A DNA stretch of 38,394 bases from NCBI GenBank assembly GCA_014191415.1, contig BJHB01000001.1:1-38394 (forward strand), given 5' to 3'. Below are positions 8,290-16,189 of the stretch, piece by piece. The DNA is from Chloroflexota bacterium. GTDB taxonomy: Bacteria; Chloroflexota; UBA11872; UBA12225. Within the stretch, counting starts at the first letter, position 1; each line of letters begins with the position of its first letter. The notes beneath the pieces are model-generated. The model worked only from the letters and a program-made list of their open reading frames with translations, had not been told where the DNA came from and searched no databases. A program made the position numbers and the translations under genes.

Positions 8290-9999
8290 CTACCGCTTGA
8301 GGTTCACGAGGTCCTGAAGCATTTCGTCGGACGTCGTGATGATGCGGCTGTTGGCTTGGAAGCCACGCTCGGCGCGGATCATGTCGGTGAACTGCACCGA
8401 GAGGTCGACGTTCGACAACTCGAGCTGACCACCGTTGATCTGGCCACGCGATCCGGCACCCGGGACACCGACCTGCGGGATGCCCGAGTTCGCGGATTCC
8501 GACATGAGGTTCTGGCTGACAAGCGAGAGGCCGCTTGGGTTCGCGAAGGTGGCGAGGGCGATCTGGCCGAGGGCCTCCTGCACACCATTGGAATACGAAC
8601 CGGTGATCACCCCGTTGGAACCGACCGTGAAGGAGGTCAGGGTGCCCGTCGGGTGCCCGTCATTCTCCACCGCCGAAACGGTGTTGCCATCCTGCAACTG
8701 GGTCATCCGGGTGAAGTCGAGCAGAAGCTGCTGGCCCTGCGCCTGACCGTTGGCGAAGTTCAGGGTGACGCGCGACCCCGTCAGATCAGTAGCCGACACT
8801 GGTGCCGTTGCCCCGGCCACGGTTGAGGTCGTAGCCGCCTGGAACTTGCCACTCGGGTCGAAGGAAACGAACCCGAATGCCTGTCCGGCCGTCGCGTCAG
8901 CCTTGAGGTTGGTACCGGCGTCAAGGTTGGCAACGGTCCACTTCCAGGTGTTTGAGCCGACCGCCGGGGTGACGCCGGTCGCTGTTGGCACCTGCTTCTG
9001 GAATTTGACCGTGAGCTCGTGAGCCATGCCTAGGGTGTCGTAGGCGACGATCGAGGTGGTCATGGACTCAAGACCGGTCGAGGCACGTCCCTTGAGTGCA
9101 GCGCCCAGTTCGAGGTTCGAGCTGGGGGAGGAACCGAAACTCAACGCCTTGGCAGCCTTGAAGACGAGACCGCCTTCAGCCGAGACGCTTGCCGAGTCGG
9201 AAGCGGTCACCTGGATCACATCCGTCTCGCCACCGGCGGTCAATGCGGCGTTGACTGCCGCCGCCACTGCCGTCGCCAAGTCGGCGATGGTCGACGCATT
9301 CTTGGTGAGCGCGGTCGAAATGGTCGCGTTGTAGGTCTTTCCACCATAGGTGAAAGTCAGCGCATCGGTGGCGGTCGTTGCGAACGAGATCGCACTTGCA
9401 ACCGTGGAACTCTCAACGACGCCGGACGAAACGAGGTCGGTCGATGACCCGTTCAGGTTCCCGTTGAAGGAGACCATCGAAGAAGCCTTCGCATTGACAC
9501 CCGCACCGAGCGGGATGGTCAGCGGGGCCGACGGAGGCATCGCCGAGTTGATGACCTTCTGACCCGAGGCATTCGTCTCAGCCACCCAGCCGTTGACACG
9601 AAGACCCGTAGAAGGTGAGATCAGCGCACCGGTGCTATCAAGATCGAACGCACCGTCACGGCTGTAGAACTTGCGGTAGCCGTCGGTCATGATGAAGTAG
9701 CCGTCACCGGAGATGGCCATGTCGGTCAGCTTGGAGGTGTTGCTCAGGACACCCTGGGTGTTGAGCTTGTCCACACCGGAGATGGCCATGCCGAGCCCGA
9801 TCTGGATGCTGTCCTGTCCACCGGAGCCGATGGCCCCAGGGATCGAACCGCGGATGGTCTGGGCGAGCAACGTCTGGAACGTGACACGGCTGGACTTGAA
9901 GCCAGTGGTGTTGACGTTGGCGATGTTGTTGGAGATGACGTCCATCATGGTCTGATGGTTCTTGAGACCACTGATGGCTGAGTTCATTGCGCGCAGCAT
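8290..9999 (-). CDS. flgE: flagellar hook protein FlgE
   Basis: N-terminal rod/hook motif MLRAMNSAISGLKNHQTMMDVISNNIANVNTTGFK. C-terminal GGQLELSNVDLSVQFTDMIRAERGFQANSRIITTSDEMLQDLVNLKR. Large Ala/Thr/Ser-rich central domain (569 aa). Confidence 0.95.
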   Translation of the reverse strand: MLRAMNSAISGLKNHQTMMDVISNNIANVNTTGFKSSRVTFQTLLAQTIRGSIPGAIGSGGQDSIQIGLGMAISGVDKLNTQGVLSNTSKLTDMAISGDGYFIMTDGYRKFYSRDGAFDLDSTGALISPSTGLRVNGWVAETNASGQKVINSAMPPSAPLTIPLGAGVNAKASSMVSFNGNLNGSSTDLVSSGVVESSTVASAISFATTATDALTFTYGGKTYNATISTALTKNASTIADLATAVAAAVNAALTAGGETDVIQVTASDSASVSAEGGLVFKAAKALSFGSSPSSNLELGAALKGRASTGLESMTTSIVAYDTLGMAHELTVKFQKQVPTATGVTPAVGSNTWKWTVANLDAGTNLKADATAGQAFGFVSFDPSGKFQAATTSTVAGATAPVSATDLTGSRVTLNFANGQAQGQQLLLDFTRMTQLQDGNTVSAVENDGHPTGTLTSFTVGSNGVITGSYSNGVQEALGQIALATFANPSGLSLVSQNLMSESANSGIPQVGVPGAGSRGQINGGQLELSNVDLSVQFTDMIRAERGFQANSRIITTSDEMLQDLVNLKR

Positions 10000-10187
10000 G
10001 GGAGGTTCCTTCCAGAATGGTTCATGCGTGCTGCGTCGCGGAAGCGCGTGGTCCAGGCCCGCCGGATGTCATCCGGTCGTGCAAGCCTCCCTTGCGGGTC
10101 CAGCTGTCCATGGTCCTCGAGCCGCTGCGAAGCATCTGTAAAAAGTTGCGCTGGGCTGTGCGTGCCTTGGTCACGTATCCGGTGACG

Positions 10188-10694
10188 TCAGGCAGTTGGC
10201 GCATCCTTGCCACCGGCAATCACCACACTGTCGATCTGGGTGAAGACGCTGTCGGACATGCGGTCCGCCCCAACGGCCGTGATGACCGTCCGGTTCTTCA
10301 CACTTACGACGAATGCGAGATCGTCGAGCAGGATGAGCGATTCCTTGCCTCCTTTAAGGCCAGCCTTGTCGACCGCGGCGGCCAGTTTGGCGAGTGACTC
10401 CGGTCCAAGTTCGACCGACGCCTGTGCCAACCGTTGCTGTGCGTGAGCCGAGAACCGAACCTGCGACACCGGTGGGACTTCCGGAATGGCGGGAATGGAC
10501 GCGGGAACACCCATCGGCAGCACCGATGGAACAGCTAGGCTTTCCTGGAGCACCTGGTCGAACGCAAGGCCGATTTCCCCCCCGGGTTGCACCGGGCGAG
10601 CCGCAGGGGCACGCTCTACCGGGGCGTTTCCCCGGCTTCGCGCAATGCCCAGTAGGCCTGCGTTCGCGTTGTAATCCGTCATGGTTCTTTGCAC
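10188..10694 (-). CDS. flagellar operon protein (TIGR02530-like, typically between flgD and flgE)
   Basis: C-terminal half VRFSAHAQQRLAQASVELGPESLAKLAAAVDKAGLKGGKESLILLDDLAFVVSVKNRTVITAV matches the conserved pattern of this family. Position between flgD and flgE fits. Start uncertain (GTG 10694 or ATG 10682). Confidence 0.7.
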   Translation of the reverse strand: MQRTMTDYNANAGLLGIARSRGNAPVERAPAARPVQPGGEIGLAFDQVLQESLAVPSVLPMGVPASIPAIPEVPPVSQVRFSAHAQQRLAQASVELGPESLAKLAAAVDKAGLKGGKESLILLDDLAFVVSVKNRTVITAVGADRMSDSVFTQIDSVVIAGGKDAPTA

Positions 10695-10740
10695 ACGCTC
10701 TCATTCCGACTGCCCTTCCTGAGGCAGACGGCTGGTGTTG

Positions 10741-11325
10741 CTACCCGATTGGCGCGGTGCCCTGTGTCGTGGTCGTCGTGCCGTTGGATGACGACGAGCT
10801 TCCCGTTCCTGAGACGGTGGCTGGTTCGCCCGGCATGAGAATCCTGGACACATCGCTGAGTGCCACCTCTTCGGTGCCAATGCGAAGCATCGGCTTGCCG
10901 CTGACCATGGTGACAGCTCGCACCTCGCCGGTGATGACGCCCTCAGCGCCAAATGCCTGAACTTGGCGACCGAGCAGGAGATTGGCATCAGTCATTTGCT
11001 GCGCTGTTGCGAGCTGCTGGATGCCCTTGTTGACCTGCTGCATCTGCTCGAGGCTGTTGAATTGCGCCAACTGGGCAATGAACTCCTTGTCCTCCATGGG
11101 CTTCATGGGATCTTGGTTGCCCATCTGAGCGAGGAGAAGTTTCATGAAATCGTCTTTGCCTAGACCGTTGGCTGTGCCATCGAGGGATTGCTTGGCCTTG
11201 GCTGCCGAGGTTGCGGCAGTCGAGGGGAGGCCGAGCTTGGCGCGCGTCGCGTCGTCAAGCAGTTTCGGCTTCGCCACAGTCCCAAGACCGGACCCGTTCA
11301 GCATTGAAGAGATTGGAGAGGGCAT
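10741..11325 (-). CDS. flgD: flagellar hook assembly/capping protein FlgD
   Basis: FlgD signature KDDFMKLLLAQMGNQDPMKPMEDKEFIAQLAQFNSLEQMQQVN. Start moved to ATG 11325, which has AAGGAG 6 nt upstream. The ORF-track start 11370 would overlap fliK. Confidence 0.9.
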   Translation of the reverse strand: MPSPISSMLNGSGLGTVAKPKLLDDATRAKLGLPSTAATSAAKAKQSLDGTANGLGKDDFMKLLLAQMGNQDPMKPMEDKEFIAQLAQFNSLEQMQQVNKGIQQLATAQQMTDANLLLGRQVQAFGAEGVITGEVRAVTMVSGKPMLRIGTEEVALSDVSRILMPGEPATVSGTGSSSSSNGTTTTTQGTAPIG

Positions 11326-11353
11326 CGGCGCTCCTTGGTTTCTGGTTGCCCGG

Positions 11354-13621
11354 TTAGTCCGGACGACCAATGGTTCCCGGGTTTGTCACGGTTGCTGACG
11401 CCAACGCCCGGCGTCCGCCATACGCTCCAAGTCCCGCACTGACCCGCGATTGCACCCCGAGGGCACGCGTCACGCTTGAAATCGATTCCCCGGACGCACG
11501 AAGGTTCTCGCTTCCGGCATCGGTTGCGGTCGGCGCTGCCAGCGGTGCCACCACTGGTTGCACGTCGAACGGTTGCCCGTTCTGATCGAAGTAGACCCTG
11601 CCAAAGAAACTGTTCGCCCACTCGCGCCCGCCGTCGCCGGCTTCGGATTGAGGTCCAGCCTGATCGGACCCCCTCTGGGTTCCCTGTTCTCCCTGCCGAC
11701 TGGGCTGCCTGCCCGCCTGGTCATCAGTCCGCTCGCGCAGACCCACATCCATGCGCTCCAGTCTGAGTCCGGCCTCGCCAAGCGAAGCACGCAACTGGGG
11801 CAGGGCCGTCTCAAGCGCCTTGCGTGCCTCGGGGGTCGAGGTGGTGAGATCCACACCGATCGATCCCTGGCGCAGCGTAAGGCGAATGGTCAGTGGTCCG
11901 AGATTTTCCGGCGAAAGCCGGAGAGTGAATTGGCGTGCCTCGCCGGCACCAGTCAGACGCGCGACACGCACGAGGACTGGGGCGACCTGATCATGCAACT
12001 CATCACCGAACGAAGTGCCCGGTGTGGTGCTGGTCGCGGACGCGACATCTGCCAGATTTGAACGCGCCGCCGACTGCATTCCTGAGCCGGTAGCGCCTGC
12101 TGAACCGGTTGTGCCAGAACCAGTCACGGGAGCAGCCGGGGCCGCTTGGACGTCATCGCCATCAACTGCCGACGCCTGAGCGCCTGCACCTGATGCGCCT
12201 GCCGCACCCGAAACAGCTGAGACCATCCCTGCCTGCAAGGTCGGTACGCCCTCTGCATCGCCCGAGGCAAGCCCCGGATCGGCGATACCAGACGCATCGA
12301 CACCCGCTACCCGTTGGCCCGTCCCTGATGACGCAACTGGCGCCACGATTGGCACCACCGTCGCAACACCTGCCTCAGCCACGGCAATGACGGCCGCGCC
12401 TGACGCATCGGAGAGTGCCGCCGTTGCCGCCACCGGAGTGGCGGTGACCACGTCGGCAACCTCAGCCTGAGCCTGAGCCGCTGCAACCGAAGCCTGAGCG
12501 GGCGCGGTTGCCACTGGGGCCTGCGCCTCCTCGTCAGCCGCGGTTGCCAAGGCCGATGCCAAAGCGCCAAAGACACCTGCACCATCCAGTGACACGCCAC
12601 CTGTCGTCAGGTCCGTCGGCACGATGGCCGGGGCGGAACCGTCGACGGTCAACGTGGCACCCATCTGGCGCAGCGCGACGAGCAACCCGGCAAGGGACGT
12701 CTGATCGGAAGGAGTACCGGTCAGCGTGGGCATCTCCGGAATCGTGCCGTCGAAGGCACTCGTCAGGAGCATTCCCAGTTCAACCGTTCCCGATCCGCCA
12801 GTCATTGCCTCGGCGACCTGCCCCAAAAGAACCTGGATGGCATTCGACAAGGCAGGGGCCACTTCGGCGATGGCCCCGTCAATCGCGGCCGGATTGCCGG
12901 TAGCCACGGCCTGTTCAATGCGGTGGGACGCCGCGTCAACCGCGCCGGCAGCATTCGCCGGTGTCATGACGGGAGATCCACCACTTGAACGAGACTCGGA
13001 ACCACCCGACGAAACGGTCGGATCTGGGCGCGCTGACGCCTGCACCGAGGCCTCTCCTGCGCTCCGCGCCGCTGCGTTATCGGCAAGGCGATCCGCCGCG
13101 TCGGCCTTGACCTGCCGGGCGCGTTCAAGCGCACGGGAGACCCGACCAACCGACCTCATCGCACTCGCGACGTCACGTCGGAGCGAACTACTTCGAGACC
13201 GCGACGCATCCGACCCTTGGGAGCCGGAAGCTGGACCCGCCTGGGGTATTCCCTCATTCGAGGGCAATTCGTGGGCGCTCGAACTGCCAACGGTTGCCTG
13301 TGGCGCCAGACCCGCCACGACGGCATCCCGGGTTTCCGACTGGCCTCGGCCGACCCGGGAAGAGACGATGCGCGCAAGCACGGAAGCAAAGCGCGGCCGA
13401 TTCCCGGCGACCGAACCCAATCCACTACTTGGCGAACCTGTCGCGTCGCCACTTGCGGTCGCCGACTGCACACCACCCGGGCCAACGCCCGAGGCACCGC
13501 GCACACCTGAAACCGCCTGCAACGCACGAGCGGACAACGCGCTCCCTCCCAACCCCGAGAGCGCAAGACTCTCATGGGCTGCCGAAGCACCCTTGCCCAA
13601 CGATGGGACAGACCTGCCCAT
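11354..13621 (-). CDS. fliK: flagellar hook-length control protein FliK
   Basis: Flg_hook domain FTLRLSPENLGPLTIRLTLRQGSIGVDLTTSTPEARKALETALPQLRASLGEAGLRLERMDV. Ala/Ser/Gly-rich N-terminal ruler region. Start set to ATG 13621 with AAGGAG 6 nt upstream (ccgaaAAGGAGcgaatATG). The 13759 extension is Arg/Trp/Cys-rich. Confidence 0.85.
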   Translation of the reverse strand: MGRSVPSLGKGASAAHESLALSGLGGSALSARALQAVSGVRGASGVGPGGVQSATASGDATGSPSSGLGSVAGNRPRFASVLARIVSSRVGRGQSETRDAVVAGLAPQATVGSSSAHELPSNEGIPQAGPASGSQGSDASRSRSSSLRRDVASAMRSVGRVSRALERARQVKADAADRLADNAAARSAGEASVQASARPDPTVSSGGSESRSSGGSPVMTPANAAGAVDAASHRIEQAVATGNPAAIDGAIAEVAPALSNAIQVLLGQVAEAMTGGSGTVELGMLLTSAFDGTIPEMPTLTGTPSDQTSLAGLLVALRQMGATLTVDGSAPAIVPTDLTTGGVSLDGAGVFGALASALATAADEEAQAPVATAPAQASVAAAQAQAEVADVVTATPVAATAALSDASGAAVIAVAEAGVATVVPIVAPVASSGTGQRVAGVDASGIADPGLASGDAEGVPTLQAGMVSAVSGAAGASGAGAQASAVDGDDVQAAPAAPVTGSGTTGSAGATGSGMQSAARSNLADVASATSTTPGTSFGDELHDQVAPVLVRVARLTGAGEARQFTLRLSPENLGPLTIRLTLRQGSIGVDLTTSTPEARKALETALPQLRASLGEAGLRLERMDVGLRERTDDQAGRQPSRQGEQGTQRGSDQAGPQSEAGDGGREWANSFFGRVYFDQNGQPFDVQPVVAPLAAPTATDAGSENLRASGESISSVTRALGVQSRVSAGLGAYGGRRALASATVTNPGTIGRPD

Positions 13622-13862
13622 ATTCGCTCCTTTTCGGATGCATGGCAATCGCAACGCCAGCGGCGCCACGGCTTGCCGGAACCAACCGACCATTTCCCAG
13701 GATGACCTGGCCGGTCTTCGACCCACGCATCTGTCCCTGTCCGCGTGAATCGCCCCCACAACCTATGGGGATCAGAACCGCTCAACCCGCAATCCCGGAC
13801 GTGCCGCGATTGCTCCGGAGTGACCCAACTCTGATCCCGATAGACTCGTGTGCTTCTATTCA

Positions 13863-13893
13863 GTTATACCATACGCCCCGGCCATTCTGTCCA
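13863..13893 (-). promoter_or_regulatory. candidate sigma-70-type promoter upstream of fliK
   Basis: On the minus strand: TGGACA (13888-13893), 19-nt spacer, extended -10 TGgTATAAC (-10 hexamer at 13863-13868). The spacer is long and this is a pattern match only. Confidence 0.2.
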
Positions 13894-13999
13894 GCCATCG
13901 ATTGCCACGCTGACGCCGCTGGCTTCCTCCGACGCCACACGCCAAGGCTTCCACTGAACATCAGATAAAAGCTCCCTCTGGACAGCCCGCAAAGGGCAC

Positions 14000-14470
14000 C
14001 AGGCGCACATCCATGTCACCTGCGGTTTCCACTTGTGCCATCCTTGGCATTCCGGGGATAACGTCGCACCTGCGACGCACCACCAACCGCGCCATCCATG
14101 CAGCGGCCAGCCACTCCGCATCCTTGCGGACCAACGTCGCCTGGAGGCCGAGCCGGAGATCAGTTTCCCGACCTCAAACACCACCCCTGGACAACGCCAC
14201 TCCCTTGCCACCAGCCATCCATGGCCACGCTTTGTCGCGTCCCGTCATGGGTTGACAACAATCCGGCACATCCCGGTCCCGGAAAATCGCGCGCTCTGCC
14301 CCCCAACCGTCTCCGGCCTGGCAACCACGCTCAGGCCCGACCCTCCATGGCCGGACCAGGGCTTCAATGCCCAAGTTAGGTGCGGACCATTCCTTCGGCC
14401 CGTCTACCCGGCTGGCACATCCTTGAGCCAGACCCCGCCTGCCCAGCCGTCCGTGGCCGGGCAATCCATC
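14000..14470 (-). ncRNA. candidate structured RNA with multiple hairpin-loop A(A/U)GGAUG motifs (CsrA/RsmA-binding-like); boundaries unknown
   Basis: No credible ORF in this stretch. Seven GGAUG on the operon-sense strand (plus-strand CATCC at 14008, 14039, 14093, 14119, 14216, 14268, 14418). Six of them sit in loops of 4-6 bp hairpins. The motifs occupy all three codon phases. The sense strand is strongly G-rich. Confidence 0.35.
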
Positions 14471-14537
14471 GACATCACCAACACCACTCTGCGCCTGACA
14501 GGGCGCACTCGATGACATGCCAGTGATTCGTGCTGTG

Positions 14538-14555
14538 AAAAAACACTAGTAAGTG
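14538..14555 (-). terminator. weak terminator-like element directly after the flgB stop
   Basis: On the minus strand: CACU-uacu-AGUG (4-bp stem, 14544-14555) followed by U6 (plus-strand A6 at 14538-14543). The stem is too short for confident termination. Confidence 0.2.
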
Positions 14556-14987
14556 CTAGCGCCTGCCCTCGTAGATCGCCTGGCGCAACTGAGCAAACTT
14601 GAGGTTGGTGAACGTTGTCGCTGCCGAGAACTGAAGCTGTGTCTCTGCAAGGCGAACCATCTCGCGGTCCACGTCGACGTTGTTCCCATCGTTCCGGTAC
14701 GTCAAGCCGTCCTGAACCTGGGACTTCGCCTGAACCAATCCGACGTCCTGCCTAAGGGCCCCACCAGGCATGTGCGCGCCATCAGTGACGACCATCTGGA
14801 AGTCATCAGCAACCGGGCGGAGGACCGCCGCCTGCAGTTCTTGCTCAAATGTCACTTCAGCCGACTTGAAACCTGGCGTATCGATGTTGGCAACGTTGTT
14901 GGTAATCGCCTTGCTTCGGAGGCTCAAGCCGTCAAGCGCCTTGGTAATGGCGCCGAATGCATAGTCGTTGCGGATGAGATTTGGCAT
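14556..14987 (-). CDS. flgB: flagellar basal-body rod protein FlgB
   Basis: N-terminal LSLRSKAITNNVANIDTPGFKSAEVTFEQEL. C-terminal DGNNVDVDREMVRLAETQLQFSAATTFTNLKFAQLRQAI. Both are typical of FlgB. Confidence 0.9.
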   Translation of the reverse strand: MPNLIRNDYAFGAITKALDGLSLRSKAITNNVANIDTPGFKSAEVTFEQELQAAVLRPVADDFQMVVTDGAHMPGGALRQDVGLVQAKSQVQDGLTYRNDGNNVDVDREMVRLAETQLQFSAATTFTNLKFAQLRQAIYEGRR

Positions 14988-15006
14988 GGTTCAACTCCCC
15001 GTTCGT

Positions 15007-15651
15007 CTACGAGCCGGCCCGACGCAACTGGTCGCGCGTCTGAAGGACCTTGCGGACATAGTTCTGCGTCTCGGCAAACGGCGGCGTGCCACCGTACTTC
15101 TCTACCGTTCCCGGACCCGCGTTGTAGGCAGCCAACGCCTTGGTCACGTCACCACCAAAGCGGTTCAGCATTTGCCGGAGATACCTGGCCCCACCGGTCG
15201 CGTTCTGCATCGGGTCAAAGGAGTCGATGACCCCGACGGATCGCGCCGTGCCGTCCATCAACTGCATCAGGCCCTTGGCTCCGGCGTGCGAGACGGCGTT
15301 TGCATTGCCCCCCGATTCCACCTTTGCCACGGCGCGGACCAGGTCCGGATCAACCCCCTCACGGGCAGCGGCGGCCCTGAGTTCATCTTCGAAGCGCCCG
15401 ACCACCGGGTTGGCAGACCCGGGACCGCGCGCAATGTCCCCGGCTCGGGTGGACGGCACCACTGCCATGGTGCTGTCCACCCGCGGCCGGATAGGGAGGG
15501 AGAAGGAAACACCGAGGCGGCGGGCACGGTCAAGTGCCGCTTGCACGAACGTCGCGTGGATGGTCCGGAGTGCGCTGCCATCGCTCACCGGACCGGCGAC
15601 GTCGTACGACCGTCTCGACAGGCTGTCCGAAAGTGGCCCTGTCGTTCCCAT
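15007..15651 (-). CDS. SLT-domain lytic transglycosylase embedded in the flagellar operon
   Basis: SLT motifs AVAKVESGGNANAVSHAGAKGLMQLM (catalytic Glu-Ser) and AAYNAGPGTVEKYGG. ATG overlaps the fliJ stop (TAATG at 15649-15653). No N-terminal hydrophobic signal. Confidence 0.85.
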   Translation of the reverse strand: MGTTGPLSDSLSRRSYDVAGPVSDGSALRTIHATFVQAALDRARRLGVSFSLPIRPRVDSTMAVVPSTRAGDIARGPGSANPVVGRFEDELRAAAAREGVDPDLVRAVAKVESGGNANAVSHAGAKGLMQLMDGTARSVGVIDSFDPMQNATGGARYLRQMLNRFGGDVTKALAAYNAGPGTVEKYGGTPPFAETQNYVRKVLQTRDQLRRAGS

Positions 15652-16163
15652 TACTGCATCCCTCCGACGGAAACCGTGAGCGACGGCATCGAACTGCCGG
15701 ACTGCGCGGCCAACTGCCTCGCCTCCAGACCGTGTCTCATCACCGCCATCTCATCGATTTCCTTCATCTCGCGTACCTGCTCGAGGCGCTTGAAGTCGGC
15801 CAATTGCTTCTCTCGCAACCGGTCGAGTGCCTTCCATGCCTGCATCGCCGCCACTAATTCCTGCCGACGTTGCTCGACACGCGCCTCAGCGCGCGCCACC
15901 ACCTGCGTCTGCCGGTCAATCTGCACCTTGATGACATCAAGGAACCGAAGTCCCAGTTGGAGGTTCTCCATGTCTAGGATTCCCTCGTGCTGAATCACCT
16001 CCAGATGGTCAACCGTACGCTCCTCATCCTCCTGGAACCCCCGCAGCGTCGCCTGTTCCCTGAACAGGCCTCCCTGCGATTCGCCAAAGGCAACCTTCGC
16101 AAGATCTTCCAGGCGCTTGCGGTGCTCCAGCACCGTCTGAAGCCGAAAGACAAACCGTGCCAT
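15651..16163 (-). CDS. fliJ: flagellar export chaperone-like protein FliJ
   Basis: 170-aa coiled-coil protein beginning MARFVFRLQTVLEHRKRLEDLAKVAF. Located directly after fliI, as in the canonical fliH-fliI-fliJ order. Confidence 0.8.
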   Translation of the reverse strand: MARFVFRLQTVLEHRKRLEDLAKVAFGESQGGLFREQATLRGFQEDEERTVDHLEVIQHEGILDMENLQLGLRFLDVIKVQIDRQTQVVARAEARVEQRRQELVAAMQAWKALDRLREKQLADFKRLEQVREMKEIDEMAVMRHGLEARQLAAQSGSSMPSLTVSVGGMQ

Positions 16164-16189
16164 TGCCCTGACGAACTCCCGTCCCCGTC

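Noticed and set aside
13864-14518. ORFs 13864..14211 (-), 14174..14518 (-) and 14033..14515 (+) in the flgB-fliK spacer
   Set aside because: The translations are Trp/Cys/Arg/Pro-rich with no SD and no recognisable motif. The recurring CA(A/U)GGAUG motif falls in all three phases, so the conservation is at the RNA/DNA level rather than the protein level.
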